From: Campylobacterota bacterium
GTDB lineage: Bacteria; Campylobacterota; Campylobacteria; Campylobacterales; Sulfurovaceae
Direction: 5' to 3'
Assembly: GCA_011048515.1 (NCBI GenBank)
Contig: DSDW01000134.1
Location: 9,496 to 73,495, forward strand
DNA length: 64,000 nucleotides
Numbering within the stretch: the stretch's first letter is position 1; the number at the start of each line of letters is the position of its first letter. Under the pieces are notes generated by a model, which saw only the letters and a list, made by a program, of their open reading frames with translations, had not been told where the DNA came from and ran no database searches. Of this stretch, positions 56,117 through 64,000 are shown piece after piece. The position numbers were made by a program, and so were the translations under genes.

Positions 56117-56992
56117 TTACTCATCACAGTAGCGTTTGAGCAGGTAGCTGTAAGACTCGATCCGTCTGTCACGGAGGAAGGGCCAGATATCGCGCACTGC
56201 TTTGGTGCGTGCATGGTCGATCTCTCCGTAGAGTATCTCCTCATTTTCGCTTCCGGCCTGTACGAGTATCTCTCCCTGGGCTCCGGCGATAAAGGAGTTG
56301 CCCCAGAAACGTATCCCCTCCATCACACCTGAGCTGTCAGCTTCAAACCCTACGCGGTTGCATGATATGACCGGGATCCCGTTGGCAATGGCATGGGAGC
56401 GCTGGATCGTGATCCAGCTCTCCAGCTGTCTTCTTTTTTCCTCTTCGCTGTCTGCATCGAACCAACCGATCGCTGTCGGGTAGATAAGTATCTCTGCACC
56501 GCGAAGGGTCATCGCTCTGGCAGCTTCCGGGTACCACTGATCCCAGCAGACAAGTACTCCCAGCCTCCCTACGGATGTGTCAATCGGCTCAAAACCAAGA
56601 TCTCCCGGGGTAAAGTAGAACTTCTCGTAAAACCCCGGGTCATCGGGGATATGCATCTTTCGATATTTCCCTGCGACCGTACCATCTTTTTCAAAGACCA
56701 CCGCAGTGTTGTGGTAGAGTCCTGCCGTACGCCTCTCAAAAAGTGACGTGACAAGCACGACCGCATTCTCTCTGGCAACCTCCGCCCAGTAAGCGACATC
56801 CTCCTCAAAATTTGCCGCATAATCGAAAAATCCTGTATCTTCGCTTTGGCAGAAGTATTCACTCTGGTGAAGTTCCTGGAGCACGATCAGTTCGGCTCCG
56901 TTCTTGGCAGCCTCTTGTATTTTAGAGGTAGTAGCGTTGACGGTATCGGTTTTATTTCCGTAAAATTTTTGTTGAATCAGTGCTGTTTTCAT
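56117..56992 (-). CDS. aguB: N-carbamoylputrescine amidase (carbon-nitrogen hydrolase)
   Basis: LQELH, YRKMHIPDDPGFYEKFYF, VCWDQWYPE. Confidence 0.9.
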   Translation of the reverse strand: MKTALIQQKFYGNKTDTVNATTSKIQEAAKNGAELIVLQELHQSEYFCQSEDTGFFDYAANFEEDVAYWAEVARENAVVLVTSLFERRTAGLYHNTAVVFEKDGTVAGKYRKMHIPDDPGFYEKFYFTPGDLGFEPIDTSVGRLGVLVCWDQWYPEAARAMTLRGAEILIYPTAIGWFDADSEEEKRRQLESWITIQRSHAIANGIPVISCNRVGFEADSSGVMEGIRFWGNSFIAGAQGEILVQAGSENEEILYGEIDHARTKAVRDIWPFLRDRRIESYSYLLKRYCDE

Positions 56993-57057
56993 AAGGGTGA
57001 TTTTAGCATAATTTTATTTCTTATTAAACCTTATTTTTATATAGTTATGGGCAAGGG

Positions 57058-57134
57058 AATGTTAAAAGCCAAACATATCGTGAGGTGTGGACGGAAAGCT
57101 ATGGGTCTCAGGGAAGATCGCCAGGCTGCACATT
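57058..57134 (+). ncRNA. c-di-GMP-I (GEMM) riboswitch aptamer (cis-regulatory)
   Basis: P1 AATGT/ACATT; CCAAAC-ATATC-GTGA-GGTGT-GGACGGAAAGC (GNRA loop, conserved GAC and AAA); P3 GGTCT/AGATC then GCCAGGCTGC; C21-G46 covariation relative to Vc2. Confidence 0.85.
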
Positions 57135-57192
57135 TTTAGCTTCATATACTTTTACTTTTCCTGCAGATATGCCGATATAAAGGATAGAATGA

Positions 57193-57828
57193 ATGAAAAG
57201 TACAACAATTGCAGCAGTATCTGCGGCGATTTTTCTCTTTACCGGATGCGGTACCAGCAAGGTCGCACATGCCAGCATAGTAAATAACGGAAAGGGTTAT
57301 GCTTCAGACAAAAGCACACAAAGTGTGAAGAGAAAGCGAGCAGTCTCTCACTCGGCTTTTATCACCAAAAGCCAGCAAAAAGAGTTCCTGCAGCATATAA
57401 ATAAAGTCCGCTCCGAGAGAAGATCATGCGGAAAATACGGCCGTATGGGGCCTGTAGAGCCATTGGCATGGAGTGATAAACTCTATGAGGCTGCCTATCT
57501 CCACAGCTATGATATGGCCAAGAGCAGCCACTTCGGGCATGACGGATCAGGCAGCAGAAATGACAGATGCTCTGTCGATATGGGGCTGAGACGCGGAAGC
57601 AAGCTTAAAGAGCGTATGAGCTATACGGATTATCGATGGAGGGCGATCGGTGAAAATATTGCGGCAGGGCAACCATCAACGCATGCGGCAATGCAAGCCT
57701 GGCTTCGCAGTGATGAACACTGTAAAAACCTCATGAGCGATCATTTTACGGAAGTAGGAATGGCTTACCACCCATCAAATGATCACTATCAAAACTACTG
57801 GGCTCAAAACTTTGGCCGGAGTCTGTAA
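57193..57828 (+). CDS. CAP (SCP) domain lipoprotein
   Basis: Lipobox FTGC; AAYLHSYDM, HFGHDG, GENIAAG, WLRSDEHCKNLM, YWAQNFG. Confidence 0.88.
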   Translation: MKSTTIAAVSAAIFLFTGCGTSKVAHASIVNNGKGYASDKSTQSVKRKRAVSHSAFITKSQQKEFLQHINKVRSERRSCGKYGRMGPVEPLAWSDKLYEAAYLHSYDMAKSSHFGHDGSGSRNDRCSVDMGLRRGSKLKERMSYTDYRWRAIGENIAAGQPSTHAAMQAWLRSDEHCKNLMSDHFTEVGMAYHPSNDHYQNYWAQNFGRSL

Positions 57829-57843
57829 GTTTAGAGGTGCCCT

Positions 57844-58857
57844 TTAGTAAGCGACCTGCATCGTAGAACAGTGCAGGCTGCCTCCCTGTTCGATCAGTTT
57901 GAGACAGTTGACCGGGATGATCTCTCTGCCAGGGAATTGTGCGGCAAACACCTCATGGGCAGTTTTGTCCTGCGGAGTACCGTATGTCGGGTAGACCAGC
58001 GCATCGTTGGTGATCAGAAAGTTCGCATAGGTGGCAGGCAGCCGGTCACCCTCTTCGCTGTAAACGGCGTCACACATCGGAAGTGCTACAAGGTTATAGG
58101 GCTTTCCGTCAACCGTTTTGAACGTCTGTAGCTGCTCCTCCATCTTTTTGAGTGCCTCATAGTGTTCATCGCTCTGATCATCGCACTTGACGTACATGAT
58201 CGTATCCCGGTTGACAAAACGCGCCAGGGTATCGATGTGCGAATCGGTATCATCCCCTGCCAGATACCCGTGATCAAGCCACAATACCCTTGTCGCCCCA
58301 AGTGTCTCCCGGAGTTTCGCCTCGACCGCCTCTTTGCTCAATCCGCCGTTTCTGTTGGGGTTGCAGAGACACTCGGATGTCGTGAGGATCGTCCCCTCTC
58401 CGTCACTCTCCAGCGAACCTCCCTCAAGGACGAAGTCGATCGTCTCCATCGGGGTGGTCCCCATATAGCCCGTTTTGTGAAGTATCGTATTGACACGATT
58501 GTCAAGAGTGGCGTCAAATTTACCTCCCCATCCGTCAAAAGTGAAGTCAAGTAATTTGAGTTCATTACCTTCTTTGATAGAAATATATCCGTAGTCACGT
58601 ATCCAGGTATCATTTGTCGGGATTTCGATAAATGTCATATTGCGGGTAGAGCAGAACAACCCGGATATCCTCTCTTTGTTATCGCAGACGATATATACCG
58701 GCTCGGCATAGGCGATCGCCTGAGCGATACGGATAAACGGGCTGAGCGCCTCCTCTAAACTCTTTTCATTTTCTGGATCATGCCAGTCTGTCTCCTTGTG
58801 GGGAAACGACAAGAGCACAAGCCTTTGTTTTTCCCATTCTGCAACCATACGTTTCAT
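57844..58857 (-). CDS. aguA: agmatine deiminase
   Basis: MVAEWE, NDTWIRDYG, LEGGSLESDG, DDTDSHID, PATYANF, GGSLHCSTMQ. Confidence 0.93.
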   Translation of the reverse strand: MKRMVAEWEKQRLVLLSFPHKETDWHDPENEKSLEEALSPFIRIAQAIAYAEPVYIVCDNKERISGLFCSTRNMTFIEIPTNDTWIRDYGYISIKEGNELKLLDFTFDGWGGKFDATLDNRVNTILHKTGYMGTTPMETIDFVLEGGSLESDGEGTILTTSECLCNPNRNGGLSKEAVEAKLRETLGATRVLWLDHGYLAGDDTDSHIDTLARFVNRDTIMYVKCDDQSDEHYEALKKMEEQLQTFKTVDGKPYNLVALPMCDAVYSEEGDRLPATYANFLITNDALVYPTYGTPQDKTAHEVFAAQFPGREIIPVNCLKLIEQGGSLHCSTMQVAY

Positions 58858-58994
58858 TAGTCTAAATTACACCTTTCATTTTTTTTCCCGTTTTTGGAGT
58901 CTTTGATAGCTTTTTTCAGCGCTTTGAGAAGAGCGAAAAGGATCATCACGGTCAAGAATATACCGATAATCTCCAGCATTGTCAGCCAATCCAT
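58857..58994 (-). CDS. 45-aa single-TM small protein coupled to aguA
   Basis: Hand-translated [45 protein letters not shown]; stop overlaps the aguA start (TAATG); below the track's cutoff. Confidence 0.6.
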   Translation of the reverse strand: MDWLTMLEIIGIFLTVMILFALLKALKKAIKDSKNGKKNERCNLD

Positions 58995-59047
58995 TTTTTG
59001 CCTTTATTGACGGGATGAATTTTGTCTATTTGGGGTATAATTCCTTC

Positions 59048-60055
59048 ATGGCATATATAACGATCAATAGACAAAATTTTTATCATAATCTTAACCAAAT
59101 CGCGCTAAAAACCGGCTCTAAAGAAAAAATAGCCATTGTATTGAAGGACAATGCCTATGGACATGGTCTCAAACTGATAGCAACGCTGGCAAGCGAATAC
59201 GGGATCAAACACGCAGTCGTGCGTGATCTGACGGAGGCCGATGAGGTCAAAGGATTCTTTGAAAGCGTATTGGTACTTGCAGGTGAGAGCAGGGCGGATG
59301 AGGTCTGTAGTTTCGCAGTCAACAGTATCGAACAGCTCTCCGGGATGGAGAAAGGGTGCCGGGTAGAGATCAAGGTCGATACCGGTATGCATCGTAACGG
59401 TATTGCCCTCAGCGAGCTGGATGAAGCACTGGATATGCTCACGGAAAAGGAGCTGAACCTGATCGGTGTGATGACCCACTTCAAATCCGCGGATGAACTG
59501 GGCTCAGAGTATTTCTGGCAAAAGAAGTATTTTGAACTTGCAAAGCAACGGGTCAAAGAGCGCGGGTTTGATAATGTGCGATTCCATTCGCATAACTCTG
59601 CGGCGATCCTGCGTACGAAAAGTTTCGATGAAGATATGGTGCGTGCGGGCATCGCGCTATACGGGTATGATGAACTTCCAGGGAGTTTTGACAAAACAGA
59701 CCTCAGGCCTGTCTTGACGCTCTATGCCAAAAAGGTTGCCACAAAACTTCTTGAAAAGGGACAGAGAGTAGGGTATGGCGGCACCTACACTGCGCCGAAA
59801 GATATGGTGGTCTCGACCTACAATATCGGGTATGGCGACGGGTGGCCAAGAGCAAGCGACAAAGCGCCCTATCGGACAAGTGAGGGGCTTGAGGTACTGG
59901 GACGGGTCTCGATGGACCTGATGAGTTTTGAGAGTGAAAAGGAGTCTTTGTGCATCATGGATGACGCACAACAGGCAGCCAGACACTTTGGGACGATCTC
60001 CTATGAGATCATGACCGCACTCTCCTCTGATATACCAAGGGAAGTGATAGAGTAG
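59048..60055 (+). CDS. alr: alanine racemase
   Basis: [10 protein letters not shown] (PLP Lys), [25 protein letters not shown]; start ATG 59048. Confidence 0.95.
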   Translation: MAYITINRQNFYHNLNQIALKTGSKEKIAIVLKDNAYGHGLKLIATLASEYGIKHAVVRDLTEADEVKGFFESVLVLAGESRADEVCSFAVNSIEQLSGMEKGCRVEIKVDTGMHRNGIALSELDEALDMLTEKELNLIGVMTHFKSADELGSEYFWQKKYFELAKQRVKERGFDNVRFHSHNSAAILRTKSFDEDMVRAGIALYGYDELPGSFDKTDLRPVLTLYAKKVATKLLEKGQRVGYGGTYTAPKDMVVSTYNIGYGDGWPRASDKAPYRTSEGLEVLGRVSMDLMSFESEKESLCIMDDAQQAARHFGTISYEIMTALSSDIPREVIE

Positions 60056-60074
60056 CGCACTGTCTCTTCATCAC

Positions 60075-60287
60075 TTACTGGTGGATGATCCTGATGATAT
60101 CATTGTTCTCATCCACTATTTGAAAGATATGTTTGTCTCCGGCACTTTGATGGTAGACCGCTTCGCTGTTTTGTGCATCGTCGAGTAGGACACGGATCGT
60201 CGCATTCCGGTCCTCTATCTCTACATCAAAAGAGATGATCTCTACGGCTGAAACCACTACACCATCTTCGACTTTTTTTAAAATCAT
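60075..60287 (-). CDS. small hypothetical protein
   Basis: 70 aa ORF with AAGGAAG RBS filling the gap. Confidence 0.5.
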   Translation of the reverse strand: MILKKVEDGVVVSAVEIISFDVEIEDRNATIRVLLDDAQNSEAVYHQSAGDKHIFQIVDENNDIIRIIHQ

Positions 60288-60399
60288 TGTTTCTTCCTTT
60301 TGACTTAATGGTATCTTATTATATTATATTTGTATAAAGATATTAGGATATGAAGAGGTTAGAGTATTTACCCGGTAAATATCGGGCAGGTTCTGTTGC

Positions 60400-60418
60400 C
60401 TCAGGCATGATGCCTGAG
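60400..60418 (-). terminator. hairpin after the porin gene
   Basis: CTCAGGCA/TGCCTGAG stem. Confidence 0.5.
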
Positions 60419-60426
60419 AACTTCTG

Positions 60427-61077
60427 TTAAAATTTGTAGGTAATCCCTACAGTAATCGCATCGGCTTTAAAATCTGACATATAGGCTGGTGAATCATCAA
60501 ATGAGTCATCATCATACCATACTGTATAGTCCACAAATGCACCAAGTGATTCTGTAAAGTTGTATCCTGCACCGATACCCCACTGGAAGCCGCTGTCATC
60601 ATAGTCGCCTCCACCCTCATACTCAATCGAGGTCTGTCCGTAACCGAGCAATCCGTAGAGTGCAAAGTCTCCGATCGGATACATCGGTTTGAGGTAGATA
60701 GCGAGATTGGAAAGATCACTGCCATCATCCCAATCATAACCACCATTTGCCTCCCATGAAGCATCCGTAAAGCTCATTGCATAACGCCCTTCCACTGCGA
60801 TATAAGGATTGAACTGATATCCTGCCAGGATGGTTCCGCCGGTCCATGTGGCTTCCAAATCATTGTAGGCCAACATTACATCACCCACCTCTCCTGTATT
60901 TGCTTTTTCTTCCCAGCTTAAAAACGAAACCCCGGCACCCACATAGAATCCGCTCTTCTCCGGAGCCGGTGCTACCACCTCCTCAACCGGTGTATATACC
61001 GGGGCGATATCTCCTCCTGCCATCGCAAAAGTACCTAATGCCAAACACGCTACTATCGATAAACTTAACTTTTTCAT
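60427..61077 (-). CDS. outer-membrane beta-barrel (porin family) protein
   Basis: Signal peptide, GFYVGAG, AGYQFNPYIAVEGRY, C-terminal VGITYKF. Confidence 0.88.
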   Translation of the reverse strand: MKKLSLSIVACLALGTFAMAGGDIAPVYTPVEEVVAPAPEKSGFYVGAGVSFLSWEEKANTGEVGDVMLAYNDLEATWTGGTILAGYQFNPYIAVEGRYAMSFTDASWEANGGYDWDDGSDLSNLAIYLKPMYPIGDFALYGLLGYGQTSIEYEGGGDYDDSGFQWGIGAGYNFTESLGAFVDYTVWYDDDSFDDSPAYMSDFKADAITVGITYKF

Positions 61078-61187
61078 AATGAACTCCTTGTCATTGTTGT
61101 GAGGAAACTATATATCCTTCTTATACAATATCATTAAAATTATTAAAAAATTATAAAATGGGTGAATTCCTGCAGCGCTGTGATACT

Positions 61188-62558
61188 TTAGATGAAGCCG
61201 AGGTTTTTTTCCATAAAACTATTGAGGTTTGGAAAAATACGCTCAAGCTCACTGGTGCTGTATGGGCCGAACCATGAAGCGAGTGTCGCCAGATACTGTT
61301 CTGCGGAAGTCGTGGGGATCACACGCCCGGTTTTTGTGATATAGTCGCTGGTATACCCCCCTGCTGTCATCTTAAGCTCGGGGATCTCCCCGTAGATCCG
61401 GCCGCCCTTGACTGCACCACCCATGACCAGGGCATGGCCTCCCCAGCCATGGTCTGTTCCATTTCCGTTGGGTACAAGAGATCTCCCGAAATCCGAAGCA
61501 GTGAAAGTAGTCACCTGCTCTGAGAGCTGCATACTCTCGATGGCATCCTGGAATTCCCGTAAAACACTGTTGAGGTAGTTTAGTTTCAAGGGATGGTCTG
61601 CTGCCTGTAATGCATGGTGGTCAAACCCATGCAAACGGGCAAAAAAGATCTGTCGTTTGGGAGCGTTTGGAAGCTGTGTGTGTACCGAGATCAGTCTGGC
61701 GATCATTTCCAGTTGTTTGGCCAGGGGTACACCGGGTTCATTGTCAAGGGTGCTGACAAAGCGAAAGTCTGATGCTCCTTCCAGCGCTTCACTCACACTT
61801 GTACGGTAGTCGATGTTCTTGATCTGGTTATCGGCATAGGCTTTGACCAGCAGATGCTCGCTTTCAACCTCTCTTTGAATGATCTGGTCAAGTATCCCGT
61901 CAAATGCGGCTTTGGAGTCGGGCTCAGCATAGCCGTAACTATCGAAGGAGTGAATATCTCCGCTGATCTCAAAAACAGGTTTTTCGCCTCCAGACTGCAT
62001 AAAGTTGCTGCCATCGACGCTGATATTGGTAAAATCACTGCGGTTTTCAAGCAAGTTTGCCGCTCTGGCTGCCCACCCGGAGAGTTCTATCGTATGGGAG
62101 TTTGCGGTCATCCACTGTTTCTGCTGATCGATATGGGAAAAGAGTTGGGGCGGGTGGGCTATACCGGATTCAAACTCTTCCTTGGTGACCGGCCGGATGA
62201 GCGTTCCGACATTTGCAATGATGGCGAGTTTGTCCGCATTGAACATCTCCTGCATTGCAGGCATATTGAAAAGGCCATAGTCCGTGTTTTTCAATGGCAG
62301 CAGTGCATCTTTGGGGACACTGAGGCTACCTCTGATTTTGGCATAGTCATTATAGGCTGCAGTGGAGGTAGGAACGATCATATTAAACGCATCGTTGCCT
62401 CCCTCGAGGAATACGCACACCAGGGCTTTATAGTCAGATAACTCTTCTGCTTTCAGCGGCGAAAAAGCCCCCAGAAGAGAGAGCAGGGAAGAGGAGCTTA
62501 GGGCAAGTGATGCCTGAAGTTTTAAAAAGTCACGTCTATCCATTGTTTTGCTTCTCAT
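61188..62558 (-). CDS. DUF1501 domain protein with Tat signal
   Basis: DRRDFLK, KALVCVFLEGGND, LFSHIDQ, GFDHH, SDFGRSL..NG.GTDHGWG, GGAVKGG. Confidence 0.88.
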   Translation of the reverse strand: MRSKTMDRRDFLKLQASLALSSSSLLSLLGAFSPLKAEELSDYKALVCVFLEGGNDAFNMIVPTSTAAYNDYAKIRGSLSVPKDALLPLKNTDYGLFNMPAMQEMFNADKLAIIANVGTLIRPVTKEEFESGIAHPPQLFSHIDQQKQWMTANSHTIELSGWAARAANLLENRSDFTNISVDGSNFMQSGGEKPVFEISGDIHSFDSYGYAEPDSKAAFDGILDQIIQREVESEHLLVKAYADNQIKNIDYRTSVSEALEGASDFRFVSTLDNEPGVPLAKQLEMIARLISVHTQLPNAPKRQIFFARLHGFDHHALQAADHPLKLNYLNSVLREFQDAIESMQLSEQVTTFTASDFGRSLVPNGNGTDHGWGGHALVMGGAVKGGRIYGEIPELKMTAGGYTSDYITKTGRVIPTTSAEQYLATLASWFGPYSTSELERIFPNLNSFMEKNLGFI

Positions 62559-62561
62559 TGC

Positions 62562-64000
62562 TTACCTCTCTATGGCATATTCAGCAGACAGGACGATCAG
62601 TGCGATGATCTGTTCTGCGATATCACGTGCACTTTGATGCGTTGCAGTATAGTCGATAAGTTCCTCTTTGAGCTCATCACTCATCTGCCCTGACATCAAA
62701 AGCAGATTCAAGTGTTCGATGAATGCCTCCGGGCCTTGCTGGGCAAGCAGGTTTTTCTCATAATTCAGATCAAGAGTGATCCGATCATGCTGGCGGTCTG
62801 TCAGTCCGATAACATCAAGCATGACAGTCCCAAACTCGCTCATCTTCAGAGGAGAGAGGACCTTAAACTCCGGTGCTGCAAGGTTGTTATCCTGTAGGAT
62901 GCCTGTGGGGCTATAGGTGGGTTGGTAGTAGTTGAACACCGATGGTGCAGTAAGAGGCTGGAGGTGGAGACCAAGACTCTGTGCTGCTTCAAAGTCATAA
63001 AATACATAACTGCTGATAGATGGATCGCCTACGGCATGAAAGGTCCTCATCACCGAAGCGATACGGATAAGCTGTTCTCTCAACTTTCCATGTGTATAAG
63101 GCGATGGGTGTTGATCCTTGTAATTGAGGAGGGCCTCTTCATCTGTCAGGATAGCTCGGATCACCGCTTTCATATCCCCCCTGACACCTGATCCGTTGTC
63201 ATTGAACACTGAGGCAACTCTTGCAACGTATTGCGGTGATGGATTGCTGGTAACGAGTCTTTGTATCAGCTGTTTGCCTATAAACGGACCTACATTGGGA
63301 TGATTGAAGATGATATCGATCGTGTTGCTGAGGTCCTCCTTTGCTGAAAGACCCGAAGGTATGCTTTGAGGCTGTCCATAGGCATCGTTGAAGGTATCGG
63401 AAAAAACTTTTTCTCTTGTATCGTGATAGGCTTCGTAAGCAACCATAGGTTTGATAAACGAGGCTAAGGTATTTGTACCGTCCAGATAATAAAATGCGCC
63501 ATTGTCGCTTGTCCACCCGGTATAGACTTTGGCAAACTCCTCGATATCTTTTTGCGTATAGGTTGGTATAGGTTTGCCATCCAAAAGCTTCGGCTCACCG
63601 TTGAGTTCGAGCTGCACCAGTCCTATGCTGAAAAGCTGGAGTATCTCTCTGGCATAGTTCTCATCGGCATGCACCAGTGTGCCGTTTTCGGTCGTATGTT
63701 CTTTCATGTTGCCCCAGGTACTGAGGTAGATACCCATTGAAGGGTGCAGAGCAGTATGGTAGAGGATCTCTCTGTAGTTCCCAAATGCATGATCCAGCAG
63801 TAGGTCAAAATAGTCAGCAAGCGGATAGTGATATTCTACTCCAATAGAGGAAACGACAATGATCTCGCTCAAGGCCAAAGCGACCCTTTGTCTCAGCTGG
63901 TCCTCTGCGTTGACAGTGATACTGTACCAGGCATTGTAAAAGGCTTTGCGTACGACCACATCCCTAAGATCTCTGCCCTGATGTCTGTTGATCCAGTCAA
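62562..64000 (-). CDS. DUF1800 domain protein (runs off right edge; 5' part missing)
   Basis: DQLRQRVALALSEI, HAFGNYR, DENYAREILQLFSIG, HPNVGPFI...LVTSNPS, GKLRE; frame open to position 64000. Confidence 0.88.
   Translation of the reverse strand, partial: DWINRHQGRDLRDVVVRKAFYNAWYSITVNAEDQLRQRVALALSEIIVVSSIGVEYHYPLADYFDLLLDHAFGNYREILYHTALHPSMGIYLSTWGNMKEHTTENGTLVHADENYAREILQLFSIGLVQLELNGEPKLLDGKPIPTYTQKDIEEFAKVYTGWTSDNGAFYYLDGTNTLASFIKPMVAYEAYHDTREKVFSDTFNDAYGQPQSIPSGLSAKEDLSNTIDIIFNHPNVGPFIGKQLIQRLVTSNPSPQYVARVASVFNDNGSGVRGDMKAVIRAILTDEEALLNYKDQHPSPYTHGKLREQLIRIASVMRTFHAVGDPSISSYVFYDFEAAQSLGLHLQPLTAPSVFNYYQPTYSPTGILQDNNLAAPEFKVLSPLKMSEFGTVMLDVIGLTDRQHDRITLDLNYEKNLLAQQGPEAFIEHLNLLLMSGQMSDELKEELIDYTATHQSARDIAEQIIALIVLSAEYAIER

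Overview
Chromosomal housekeeping region of a Campylobacterota bacterium, most likely Sulfurovum-like (inferred from protein sequences and the argS-tatA-gmk gene order). It carries glycolysis (pgk, gap, gpmI), cell wall (murD, mraY, alr), fatty acid (fabG, acpP, fabF, accA), repair/replication (uvrB, priA, intein-containing dnaB), polyamine (aguA, aguB), pilin/ComEC and DUF1501/DUF1800 genes. A TonB/OprC-like receptor plus three NosL-like proteins forms a putative copper cluster. The most unusual signal is a dispersed family of about 10 elements bounded by inverted arrays of purine-rich 7-nt tandem repeats, usually followed by a short hairpin. Two copies carry a four-helix-bundle (TIGR02436/IVP/Avd-like) gene, several are empty, one sits in frame inside murD, and several abut or supply stop codons or ribosome-binding sites of neighbours. 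A c-di-GMP-I (GEMM) riboswitch precedes a CAP-domain lipoprotein. No rRNA, tRNA, CRISPR-cas, transposase or reverse transcriptase gene was recognised. All calls come from reading the sequence; no database searches were run.
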